From an uncultured Bacteroidales bacterium (lineage in GTDB: Bacteria > Bacteroidota > Bacteroidia > Bacteroidales > VadinHA17), in contig CAVPGA010000009.1 in NCBI GenBank assembly GCA_963703935.1, positions 1,258,998 to 1,322,997 on the forward strand: a stretch of DNA of 64,000 bases. Reading direction: 5' to 3'. Both the position numbers and the translations under genes were made by a program. Below, one piece after another: positions 20,040 to 29,080 of this stretch. Position 1 is the stretch's first letter. Each line of letters opens with the position of its first letter. The notes beneath the pieces were generated by a model that worked only from the letters and a program-made list of their open reading frames with translations, ran no database searches and was not told the DNA's origin.

Positions 20040-20470
20040 AACACTGCCCACCGGCTCCCTGGTAAAGTTACGTAAACCCTAAAACATAACCGCAAAGTTC
20101 GCAAAGGTTTCAATCCTGAGATCGCAAAGGGGGGGATAGGGGGGAGCTTGGTGTGCTATGGAAATGGCACGGATTACACTCCGCTTCGGTCGTGGTAAAT
20201 CCGCTAAAATTGCCACGGGAATTTTTTAACGCTCGGCCCCCTTAAGGGGATTTAGGGGCAACCTTGGGGGGAAATAAGAAGGAGGAGCTGTGCGGCCAGC
20301 AATGGTAAATTAAGAACTTACACTGAGTTCCACTGAAAAAGTCACAGAGTTCCACAGAGTTAATATGTGACCGTACTCAAAATCACTCTGTGTCCCGATA
20401 GCTATCGGGACTCTGTGAAACCTCTGTGGATCTCTGTGTAAGTTATTATTAAAAGTTTCTTCCAGGGAGT
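20040..20470. repeat. Repeat mosaic with a long CACAGAG-type hairpin (20315..20444) carrying a perfect 18-nt palindrome (20393..20410)
   Basis: The GCTAAAATTGCC...TTTTTTAACGCTCGG...GGGGATTTAGGGGC block is the reverse complement of modules in the 7.2-7.7 kb unit. The arms AACTTACACTGAGTTCCACTG...CACAGAGTTCCACAGAGTT and CACTCTGTG...CTCTGTGAAACCTCTGTGGATCTCTGTGTAAGTT are complementary. TCCCGATAGCTATCGGGA is self-complementary. Confidence 0.85.
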
Positions 20471-20512
20471 TGCAAAGCTGCTACCTTTATGGTGTTGATG
20501 TAAAATTGTAAT

Positions 20513-20704
20513 ATGGACTACAGTCATTCAAATCCTAAAAAGATCAAGTCAATCGAGCCCCTGTGCAGGAAGAAAATTTATAACTCCTATGAAGAGGCTC
20601 AGGAGATGATCAGGTATATCAGGGAAAACCGGAGAGTAAGGGAGATGAATGCCTATAAATGCCAGATCTGTGGATTCTGGCACCTGACAAGTAAATCTGA
20701 ATAA
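20513..20704 (+). CDS. Small hypothetical protein with C-terminal CxxC (Zn-ribbon-like)
   Basis: 63-aa ORF ending ...AYKCQICGFWHLTSKSE, with an upstream Cys in EPLCRKK. Family not recognised. Confidence 0.4.
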   Translation: MDYSHSNPKKIKSIEPLCRKKIYNSYEEAQEMIRYIRENRRVREMNAYKCQICGFWHLTSKSE

Positions 20705-20798
20705 TAACATCATGATCTTTTCCCGATATGGAAAACTGCATCAGTTATATGAGTGGGTGATATTCGCCAGATGGGGGGTATTGAATGCTTAATTCCGG

Positions 20799-21233
20799 TT
20801 AAGAGTTACACTGTTCTTTTCGCCGTTGTAATAGAATCTTAATTGGTCTTTCATTTATTTTAAAGGATTCCAAATTATGCACGACATCTGAGAACATATT
20901 TCCCCATTCAGGCTGGCCTATTTTTGTTCCTCCAAATCTGATTATATGAATGCCTCTGCCAGAGACAGTATAATTTCCAAAAACAGAATTTGTAGTGTTT
21001 CTTCCATAAATCGAGTCAATAGTAAAAGTCAGAATTACATCCATCCCGTTCCAGGAATCAACATCATTCTTTTTTGTAACACTATTTTTTTCAAAATCTT
21101 CATATGATACTACTATCCAGGTGCCGTTAATATTCCCGATAGACTGATCATTAATGAAACTCCTGTTAATCTGGTCTTTTTCGCAGCCGGCAGAGAAGAT
21201 GAGGATCCCGAAAATGACCAATAATTTTTTCAT
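20799..21233 (-). CDS. Lipoprotein, possibly META (HslJ-like) domain
   Basis: Start at MKKLLVIFGILIFSAGC. INGTWIVVSYED...GNYTVSGRGIHII loosely fits the META pattern. Confidence 0.45.
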   Translation of the reverse strand: MKKLLVIFGILIFSAGCEKDQINRSFINDQSIGNINGTWIVVSYEDFEKNSVTKKNDVDSWNGMDVILTFTIDSIYGRNTTNSVFGNYTVSGRGIHIIRFGGTKIGQPEWGNMFSDVVHNLESFKINERPIKILLQRRKEQCNS

Positions 21234-21290
21234 ATTCATAGAGTTATGTATTGAAATGGCCACAAAAATTGTACCAATCCGGATTCCATT

Positions 21291-21953
21291 TTATGAAACA
21301 TACTGCTTTACCCGTCCGGCCAGATATTGCAGATATGTTTCGGTTTTATTTTGCTTTTCTTTTTTTAATAAATTGTACTGGTCCTCCGACAAGATTGGTC
21401 CATCCGGTTTGAGGTGAATATTATAAAGGCAAAAAATATATCCGATAATACAATATGACTTTCCCTCCGAAATTTTCTCCTCATTGGTAAGCGCGTTGAA
21501 AAGTTCTGCTGCAACGCTCCTGATTACTGCATCTGAAGAACGCTCCTTATCTGAACCCCTTTCCCTTATTATCTCCTGGAAATTAAAGAAGTCGATAATG
21601 GAATAATATAAATTATCGATAATGTGCGGATTTGTAATCTCAAATGATTTGCTGCCCCCCTGAAATGTTATTCTTTCAATTGGCACCGGATCCTGTTCAA
21701 ATTCAATTATCTCCGAAAGATCCGAATACGAAAGTTCAATTTCACGATCGGCAGAATGACTTAGTGCTATTTCGGTGTACATTATCATCCTGAGGACATT
21801 TCCATCTGCAATGCCATAACTCCTGCTGAGGTTTTTTGCAAGCACAAGCTGCTTATTAGTTGCAACATGAGGATGATAGCAGGGATTGTACCGGAAGCTG
21901 CTCAGGGGCCTTAGATAGTCCTTTGAAATTTCTCTTTTGTACTTTGATTTCAT
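21291..21953 (-). CDS. Hypothetical protein (220 aa)
   Basis: Intact ORF with normal composition. No recognised motif. Confidence 0.5.
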   Translation of the reverse strand: MKSKYKREISKDYLRPLSSFRYNPCYHPHVATNKQLVLAKNLSRSYGIADGNVLRMIMYTEIALSHSADREIELSYSDLSEIIEFEQDPVPIERITFQGGSKSFEITNPHIIDNLYYSIIDFFNFQEIIRERGSDKERSSDAVIRSVAAELFNALTNEEKISEGKSYCIIGYIFCLYNIHLKPDGPILSEDQYNLLKKEKQNKTETYLQYLAGRVKQYVS

Positions 21954-22240
21954 TTCAGTTTCGATTATTCAATTATGAACAATTTTGAACCACTTGTCTT
22001 TAATCCTGCACATATTGTCAACTATCGTAATCATGGGCCTAAGCGGGTGTCTTTAAAGTTATCCATGATTACTTGCATACAAGTATAGGAAATATTTGAA
22101 AAAATTGTATCACAGTGACGTGAAATATGCAATAGGGATATCGGTTTAACACCCCCTTACCCCCCTCAACCGGGGAATTTTTCAATCTTCTTATAAACTT
22201 TAAGTACTCCAAACTTTAGCTCACGTTAAGTATTAATTAA

Positions 22241-22936
22241 TTATGGCTTTAAGGTACCCAAAAACTCAACGAGTTTAAAAAGATCCTTCCTGGAATAGTA
22301 ATCGACCCTGTTTGATTTTAAGTAATTCTTGATCGCATCCTTTCCTTGCGGGAAGTTCTCTATCAGGTTTTTTCTGTTGAATAGAACAAAGCTTTTTGCT
22401 GGGATTGCAAGATAATACTGCTCTATTCTCCGAAATTCCAGGTCTTCGTTTGGCACAAGCCCATAGTAATTACCTGTAACCGACATTGAATTGTAAGTGT
22501 CAATCGATGAATTTCTGTCAGTAACACCAAAAGCGCCCTTCCTCCGGATATCCGTGAGTTTGAAGTTCTGCGTCAATCCCACCCTGACAGGGCCCCCTAA
22601 GATCTGCTCAATATAACCATTGTTATAGTAGAATGTATCCTGCGCAGCGACAATGAAACTGATATCTCTCTTGTTGATAATGGAAAGTGTGTCATTTGAT
22701 TGAAGAAATTCCATTTCACCAAGGAGGAAATTGTAATTAAACCTTCCCGGGCTTGATTTCCCATCTTTATACATCAGCTGTCCATCTTTAAAGTCAGGAT
22801 AACGATATCTCTCCTTAACAGGAAAATAATCTATCAATCTTGTCCCTGCCCTGACGATAATACTTTTATCCTGCTGAGCCATAAGAAAACTACCCGGCAA
22901 AAGAAGTGCGTAAATAATGAAAAGCGTTTTTTTCAT
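22241..22936 (-). CDS. Secreted hypothetical protein (231 aa)
   Basis: Signal peptide MKKTLFIIYALLLPGSFLMAQ. Same size and C-terminal layout as the 2338-3057 product. Confidence 0.6.
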   Translation of the reverse strand: MKKTLFIIYALLLPGSFLMAQQDKSIIVRAGTRLIDYFPVKERYRYPDFKDGQLMYKDGKSSPGRFNYNFLLGEMEFLQSNDTLSIINKRDISFIVAAQDTFYYNNGYIEQILGGPVRVGLTQNFKLTDIRRKGAFGVTDRNSSIDTYNSMSVTGNYYGLVPNEDLEFRRIEQYYLAIPAKSFVLFNRKNLIENFPQGKDAIKNYLKSNRVDYYSRKDLFKLVEFLGTLKP

Positions 22937-22964
22937 AATTGATGGCTTTGTTATTCAGTGGAGT

Positions 22965-24239
22965 TTATTTTTTTCTGATCAACAACTTATCGATCCTGTT
23001 TCCGTCAATATCTACAATTTCAATGATGTAGCCGTTAAATGTAAATTTATCCCCGATCTGAGGCGATTTATCGATGTTCTTTATGACGAATCCTGCGACG
23101 GTTGAATAATCAATATTTTCAAGGTCGGTAATATAGTTTTCAAAAATCCCGTCAAGGATCTCAGCCGGGGCATCGCCGCTAACAAGATAGGACTTATCGT
23201 CGCGCACAAAAATATCGGGTTCGAATGGTACGCCTTCCTCGGGGATTGCTCCGATAAGGTTTTCCAGTATGTCGTGAGGGGTTATTATTCCCTCGAGGCT
23301 GCCAAATTCATTAACTACAATGCAAAAATGGATCTTGTTTTGCTTAAATTGTTTCAAAATAACTTGAACCTCAGCGCTTTCAGGAACTATCAGAGGTTGC
23401 AGCAAGATCCCGGAAATTGAAAATTCCTTATTTGACGGGTAGGCAATCAGAAAATCCCGGACATTAAAGATACCCTGAAAATCATCAAGATTCCCCCTGG
23501 AACATACAAGCCGGCTGTGTTTGGACCTGAGTATAGTCTCATTTATCACATGCATAGGTTGATGCATATCGACCCAATCGATATCCATCCTGTGCGTCAT
23601 TATATGCTTTGCTTTTTTGTCGGAGAAGTAGAATACTTTTTCATGGATCAGATTTTCATACTTTTCAATTACTCCTTCCTTTGATGCAGTTTTCAAAAGA
23701 TGTCTGAGTTCCCCTTCGGTAATTTGATCATTACGTTTCCCGATTCCGATCATCCTGTTGATCAATGAGGTGGAAAAAGAGAGGAACTTCACAACAGGAT
23801 AAAAAACTATACTGAAACGATAAATAGTGGGTGCAATCCTGACTGCTATTTTTTCAGGATTGCTTAGTGCAATTGTTTTTGGGACCAGTTCTCCTATGAC
23901 AATAGAAAAGTACGTAATTGTCAACACAGTAATTGTGAGTGAAATCTCATCTGCAGAATTACTGAAAATTTCAAAGTTCTGAAAAAAGGGTGTTATTTCA
24001 TCTGCAATGCTTATGCCGCCATAAACACCGGTAACAATGCCAATAAAAGTTATTCCTACCTGTACAGCTGACAGGAAACTCTCAGAGTTTTCCAGGAGTC
24101 TTAAAGCAGTATCTGCACCTTTCCGTCCTTCCTTCCTTAGCTGTTCCAGTCTTGATTTTTTACTTGACACCAGGGCTATTTCCGAAAGGGCGAAAAATCC
24201 GTTTAAAAGGATCAGTATAAATATTACAAGTAATTCCAT
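22965..24239 (-). CDS. CNNM/hemolysin-family membrane protein (DUF21 - CBS pair - CorC_HlyC)
   Basis: LNGFFALSEIALVSS, GELVPKTIAL, a CBS region, and C-terminal GDKFTFNGYIIEIVDIDGNRIDKLLI. Probable start at MELLVIF (24239). Confidence 0.85.
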   Translation of the reverse strand: MELLVIFILILLNGFFALSEIALVSSKKSRLEQLRKEGRKGADTALRLLENSESFLSAVQVGITFIGIVTGVYGGISIADEITPFFQNFEIFSNSADEISLTITVLTITYFSIVIGELVPKTIALSNPEKIAVRIAPTIYRFSIVFYPVVKFLSFSTSLINRMIGIGKRNDQITEGELRHLLKTASKEGVIEKYENLIHEKVFYFSDKKAKHIMTHRMDIDWVDMHQPMHVINETILRSKHSRLVCSRGNLDDFQGIFNVRDFLIAYPSNKEFSISGILLQPLIVPESAEVQVILKQFKQNKIHFCIVVNEFGSLEGIITPHDILENLIGAIPEEGVPFEPDIFVRDDKSYLVSGDAPAEILDGIFENYITDLENIDYSTVAGFVIKNIDKSPQIGDKFTFNGYIIEIVDIDGNRIDKLLIRKK

Positions 24240-24303
24240 TTCAGGCTTTAAAAATCTTGCATTTTGCCTTGTCCTGCTCCCGGAGACAGACAAAATCAAC
24301 TAT

Positions 24304-24311
24304 CAAAGATA
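24304..24311 (-). promoter_or_regulatory. Candidate -7 promoter box TATCTTTG
   Basis: Exact TAnnTTTG match on the minus strand, about 65 nt upstream of ATG 24239. Confidence 0.35.
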
Positions 24312-24369
24312 TCATAAAACCTTGAATGGAAAGGCATTTCCCGTTTACAAACTGTTCTGTCTCATCTGA

Positions 24370-24561
24370 TCACGCATTGATCAGCTTTTCAATATTAAAT
24401 TTCTTCATCTGAAGAAAGGCATTGGTAACCCGTTCTGCCCTTGAAGGATCTGTTAACAGTTTTTGCAGGATCACAGGCACAATCTGCCATGAGACCCCGT
24501 ATTTATCTTTAAGCCATCCGCATTGGCCTTCATTGCCGCCATCAGTGAGCGGTGTATAATT
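24370..24561 (-). pseudogene. 3' fragment of a PhnB-like / 3-demethylubiquinone-9 3-methyltransferase-domain (VOC superfamily) gene
   Basis: The minus strand reads TPLTDGGNEGQCGWLKDKYGVSWQIVPVILQKLLTDPSRAERVTNAFLQMKKFNIEKLINA-stop. Only the C-terminal ~60 aa are present, with no N-terminal part upstream. Confidence 0.65.
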
Positions 24562-24667
24562 TATTATTAAATGTCAGATGTCTGCCTGTCAACAGACCGG
24601 GAACCACACATGATTGAAAATGAATTACATCTATTTGTGTATGTGATTGTTTTCAACCATGTGGGTT

Positions 24668-25108
24668 TCATGATTTCTTTTCTGAACAGTTGAACATCCA
24701 GTGAACTCCATATTTGTCGGAACAGCTTCCGTAGAAGTCGCCCCAGAACATATCCTGTAGGTCCATCTCCACTTTACCGCCATCCGAGAGCGCCCTGAAG
24801 AGCTTTTTTGTCTCTTCCCTTGTGTCGGGTTGCAGGCTGATATAAACATTGTTTCCGAAATCTACTTTAAAACCCATCGACTCGGGGGCATCTGTTCCCA
24901 TCAAAAGATGACCTGCGAGGATAGGCAAAGCAATGTGCATTACAAGGTCTTTATCCGCTTCGGGTATGGGAGGCGTATTTTCTGAAGGCGGAATATCCCT
25001 GAAACGCGAAATACCTCCGACAAACTCACCTCCGAAAACTGACTTGTAGAAGTTAAATGCCTCTTCAGTGTTCCGGGCAAAATTAAGATAAGTGTTAACT
25101 GTTGCCAT
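24668..25108 (-). CDS. VOC family protein (PhnB-like)
   Basis: 146 aa. YLNFARNTEEAFNFYKSVFGGEF, HIALPI, and DKYGVHWMFN near the C-terminus. Confidence 0.75.
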   Translation of the reverse strand: MATVNTYLNFARNTEEAFNFYKSVFGGEFVGGISRFRDIPPSENTPPIPEADKDLVMHIALPILAGHLLMGTDAPESMGFKVDFGNNVYISLQPDTREETKKLFRALSDGGKVEMDLQDMFWGDFYGSCSDKYGVHWMFNCSEKKS

Positions 25109-25185
25109 AATAATAAGTATTAATGATTTTTGGATATTTTGTGCTGCATAATAATTCTATATCATCGTAATCTGAAAATGCAATC

Positions 25186-25385
25186 AGCGGGATATTTTAT
25201 GTTTTCCCGCAGATCTCGCAGATCTTCGCAGATTTAATATGTCTTTTAATACGTCTTTCTATTTCCGGATTTCTTAGCGTCTTAGCGACTTTGTGGCATT
25301 CTTTTTTTGGCCACGAAGGCACTAAGGCGCAAAGTTCATCTGTGAAAATCTGCGAAATCAGCGGGAAATTTTTTGTTTTCCCGCT
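25186..25385. repeat. Nested hairpin element of the CGCAGAT type
   Basis: The outer arms TCCCGCAGATCTCGCAGATCTTCGCAGATTT and CATCTGTGAAAATCTGCGAAATCAGCGGGA are complementary. Each end carries AGCGGGA-N11/12-TCCCGC. The loop holds a second hairpin, CTTAGCGTCTTAGCGACTTTGTGGC / GCCACGAAGGCACTAAGGCGCAAAG. Confidence 0.85.
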
Positions 25386-25578
25386 GTTTAATAACAATAA
25401 GATTTTATCTATTGTTCACTTTAACAATAAAAATGCTGAAACAATATTCATGAGGAGGAGGAGACGTTTTGCCGTCCGTTCCGGTTATGATCCTGCCAGA
25501 AGAGCGGGGTCATTATGGTTACAATGAGATACAAAGAGGAATCGGTGTATCAAGTGCAATACACCACGTGGATTTGAA

Positions 25579-25959
25579 TTATTTAAGTAATTTTAATAAT
25601 GCCGGAATAAATATAATTCCGCCGACCACCACTGCTGTTATGGCAGCGATCAAAACGCTTGCCGCCGAATAATCCTTGATCACTTTGATTGCGGGATTTA
25701 CATTTGGGTCAACGAGATCGGAAATCATCTCCACCGCGGAATTAATTAATTCTGTTATGAACACGAGACCCGTTACAATGGCAACCGAAATCCACCCTGA
25801 CAGATCTATATTTAAAAGCAGCCCGAGGGCGAGCGCCGATCCTGCCGCTACCAGATGTATTCTTGAATTATGTTCGTTCTTAAGGAGTGATGCAATCCCG
25901 TCAAAAGCATACCTGAAGCTTTTAAGTCTTGAACTGACGGTGAATTCTGTTTTTCTCAT
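25579..25959 (-). CDS. dgkA: Diacylglycerol kinase family protein
   Basis: 126 aa, 3 TM. RLKSFRYAFDGI, NSRIH and ELINSAVE motifs. Confidence 0.8.
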   Translation of the reverse strand: MRKTEFTVSSRLKSFRYAFDGIASLLKNEHNSRIHLVAAGSALALGLLLNIDLSGWISVAIVTGLVFITELINSAVEMISDLVDPNVNPAIKVIKDYSAASVLIAAITAVVVGGIIFIPALLKLLK

Positions 25960-26000
25960 ACTTAAGTCAGGGTTAGGTTGAATAGATTCCGAATGTAATC

Positions 26001-26465
26001 TTAATTGCTGCCCTCTGACATAAAATCAAACGCTCCCTTCCTTAAATTGATGCCATATTCAAGGTATGCCTTGAGGCAGGCCAGAAAGTTCGCCCATCCT
26101 TCAGTATTTCCTTTCAGCCATTTGATCCCTTCTTCATTATTATTCATGCTTTTCTCGGTGACAGTAACAAGTGTGGAATCCTTTCCTTTTGGAGTGAGCG
26201 TCATCTCAACCAGAAGTTCAACTCCATTGGTGTCCCAATAGTAGGATATGTAACTGTCAGGTGTAATTTTACCGATGCGAACCGGAAATTTGGTATCGAA
26301 CTCGGGAAATTTCCACATAAGTGTTCTGCCCTCCTCCATTCTTCCTGTGCTTTCGGAAATGAAATAATTTGACATTTTAACAGGGTCAATAATTGCCTTA
26401 AATACTTCATTTACAGGTTTAAGTATCTGAAGTGCTGTTTTTATTTCGAGCTTTTGATGGTTCAT
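26001..26465 (-). CDS. SRPBCC (AHSA1/START-like) domain protein
   Basis: 154 aa with the typical pattern ...VFKAIIDPVKMSNYF...GWANFLACLKAYLE. Confidence 0.65.
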   Translation of the reverse strand: MNHQKLEIKTALQILKPVNEVFKAIIDPVKMSNYFISESTGRMEEGRTLMWKFPEFDTKFPVRIGKITPDSYISYYWDTNGVELLVEMTLTPKGKDSTLVTVTEKSMNNNEEGIKWLKGNTEGWANFLACLKAYLEYGINLRKGAFDFMSEGSN

Positions 26466-26551
26466 GACTAAAAGTTTTCGATTTTTTGACTTATAGCAAG
26501 GGGCAGAACATTAAAAACGCAGAATTTCCTCTGCCGGTTATGCATACCCTC

Positions 26552-26890
26552 CTAGTTCAGATCACGCAGATTCTTAACGGCTTCAGGAACATATTTGTGG
26601 ACTGCTGCTACAATAGTGCAGGTTTCCATTTCGGGACAATCACCGCATGTATCAAATCCCCTGGCCTTCACGCAGTTTCTAATTTCGCACATTTCGCAAT
26701 GGCTGAATTTGACGCCCTCTTCCCTGCATCCGGTGCAATTAATCATTTCATATGACAAGCCCTGGGCATTAAAACTGACGCGCCACTTATCAGCGGTAGC
26801 TTTTCTGAGTTCATCATTATTTTCAACGGTTGCAATCCTTGCGTCACATGTGGTGCAGTCCAGTCCGCAACAAGAGATCAATTTTTCCAT
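26552..26890 (-). CDS. DUF3795 cysteine-rich protein
   Basis: CCGLDCTTCDA, CTGCRE, CEMCEIRNC and CGDCPEMETC are typical of DUF3795. Confidence 0.75.
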   Translation of the reverse strand: MEKLISCCGLDCTTCDARIATVENNDELRKATADKWRVSFNAQGLSYEMINCTGCREEGVKFSHCEMCEIRNCVKARGFDTCGDCPEMETCTIVAAVHKYVPEAVKNLRDLN

Positions 26891-27162
26891 TACTTTAAGT
26901 TTTTAGTTTTTAATATTCTGTTAAAAGTGGGCTGACGGGATTTTAATCAATTTTTTTCTTTCAAGTTATGAAATTTAAGGATCAGAAATAAATTCTGAAG
27001 TAAATTTCTTGAGGAGATATTCGGCTGCTTTTGAGGAAAGCATGAAAGTTATAAGCTATTGTTAATATTTTCACATAATTGCAGTCCGAAACTGACAAAT
27101 AATTACAATATTTATAGAATGAATTTTAAATTAACTGGTTTTCCCGGGTCTGTTTAAAGTCT

Positions 27163-27263
27163 CCTTTGTGCCCCTTGGTGAGGACCTTTGTGTACTTTGT
27201 GGTATAAAAATAAATCCATTAACCACAAAGGATCGCAAAGTTCAACACAAAGATACACAAAGG
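27163..27263. repeat. CACAAAG-type hairpin element
   Basis: CCTTTGTG...CCTTTGTGTACTTTGTGGT - loop - ACCACAAAGGATCGCAAAGTTCAACACAAAGATACACAAAGG. It ends 6 nt before the nanA ATG. Confidence 0.85.
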
Positions 27264-27268
27264 GTTAA

Positions 27269-28216
27269 ATGGAAGTTAAAAACATCGTTATGTTCAGGAT
27301 ACAAAAATTTGAAGGTCTGGTTGCAGCACCCTTCACCCCGATGGATAAGGACTTACACCTTAATACCGACCTGATACCCAGGTATTATAAATTCCTCGAA
27401 AAGAACGGGATTGCAGGTGCTTTTATAAATGGAACCACAGGGGAGGGGGCTTCGTTGACCCAGAAAGAAAAACAGCTGCAGGCGGAGAAATGGGGTGAGT
27501 GTTACAGGTCGGGTGGTTCTGTCCGTATTATAAACCTGGTAGGGGGAACATGCTACAGTGAGTGCATTGAAAATGCTCTTTTCTCCTTTGAGGCAGGAAT
27601 TTCAGCAATTGCAGTTCTGGCACCCTATTATTTTAAACCTGTTGATGAAAGCCAGCTTGCTGATTTTTGTGCCAGAATAGGCGGATCGGTTCCCCTGATG
27701 CCGGTCTATTTCTATCATGTCCCGATACTTACAGGAGTCAATCTGTCAATGTCAGACTTCCTGGAAAAGATATCTTCAATGTTGCCAAATTTTGCGGGAA
27801 TCAAGTATACGCACGAAGACTTTATGGATTTTCAGTCATGTCTGAATTTCAGGGATGGAGCCTATGATCTGTTATGGGGTATGGACGAAAGCCTTCTTCC
27901 TGCCCTTGCATTGGGATGCAAAGGGGCTGTTGGGAGCACTTACAACTATGCTGCTCCTTTGTACCACACTCTGATTAAGGTCTTTAAGGAAGGAAACATC
28001 GGGGAAGCGCAGAGATTGCAGCAATTATCGATCAACATTATAAGACTTTTGAAGAAGTACGGCGGGTTGGCTGCCGGAAAGGCATTCATGAAATATGCCG
28101 GACTTGATTGCGGGGAATTCAGGTCACCTGTTAAAAACATGACTGCTAAAATGTTTGATGATTTTGTCAGGGATGTGGAAGCTCTTAAGCTGGGATCCCT
28201 GCTTTCTAAAATATAA
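27269..28216 (+). CDS. nanA: N-acetylneuraminate lyase / DHDPS-family aldolase
   Basis: FEGLVAAPFTPM, GAFINGTTGEGASLT, and the Schiff-base context FAGIKYT. An alternative start is at 27290. Confidence 0.75.
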   Translation: MEVKNIVMFRIQKFEGLVAAPFTPMDKDLHLNTDLIPRYYKFLEKNGIAGAFINGTTGEGASLTQKEKQLQAEKWGECYRSGGSVRIINLVGGTCYSECIENALFSFEAGISAIAVLAPYYFKPVDESQLADFCARIGGSVPLMPVYFYHVPILTGVNLSMSDFLEKISSMLPNFAGIKYTHEDFMDFQSCLNFRDGAYDLLWGMDESLLPALALGCKGAVGSTYNYAAPLYHTLIKVFKEGNIGEAQRLQQLSINIIRLLKKYGGLAAGKAFMKYAGLDCGEFRSPVKNMTAKMFDDFVRDVEALKLGSLLSKI

Positions 28217-28239
28217 TCCGGCAATTAACTGGTGTTTTT

Positions 28240-28895
28240 ATCTTATCGGGACTCCGGATTTCACCGTCTGGCCAGGGACTGTTGAAAAAGTTAAAATCCT
28301 TTAACCGCAAAGTCCTTCACCAATGCAGATTAATAGGAACATCAAATTTGATAACTTCATAAAATGAGAATCCTTAAATCCTTTAACCACTGAGTTACAC
28401 AGAGTTTCACAGAGTAATACACGGAGTTTCAAAACAGTGTAACTCCGTTTTTACTCCATTAACTCCGTGGTTCAATAACTAATTATCGTCTTTTTGTATA
28501 TAATATGCGTAAAAGAGTAATATAGTAGAGCGCAAAGGATTTATGCAAAGATCGCAAAGTAGCTAATTATTAACGTTTTAGCTTTGCGTGCTTTGCATGT
28601 TTTTAGCGTGCTACTATATAACTATTTAACATAAATTGCCCCACCTGCTCACCCCTAAATCCCCTAAAGGGGACTTTTAAAAACCCAGGGGCGACGTTAA
28701 AAGCCCGTGGGCAATTAGGGAGGAGCCAGTTTGCAGGGGAGACTGTGGTGGGGGCAGGGGGTAAACCGACGGTTAAAACTCTTAACGATCTTAGACTTTA
28801 ATCCTTCCCCTAAAGTTATTCATTTGATGTTCCCATAATTCATGATGGGTGCCAAACTTTGCGGTTAAAAAAGGCTTTTTCAACAGCCTCAGACA
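28240..28895. repeat. Onion-like nested palindrome: outer arms 28278..28355 / 28815..28887 enclosing hairpins 28386..28471 and 28516..28625 and a CCCCTAAATCCC module block
   Basis: The reverse complement of 28815-28887 (GCTGTTGAAAAAGCC...TTAACCGCAAAGTTTGGCACC...GGGAACATCAAATGAATAAC) aligns with 28278-28355. The inner hairpins were verified arm against arm. Confidence 0.85.
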
Positions 28896-29080
28896 TATTA
28901 AGTGTATTTCTGAAGTGGAGGAGCTCGACGAAGTCAAAATCAATGAATTCTTATGCCTGATTCCCGATAGTCATTTTCTTAAAAATTGTGCCTGTTAATC
29001 AAAACTTAATCAGAAATTAATTCTATCTTAACACATGGAAAATTTCCGAAAGATAAATTTGATAAAGCAAAAACTATATT

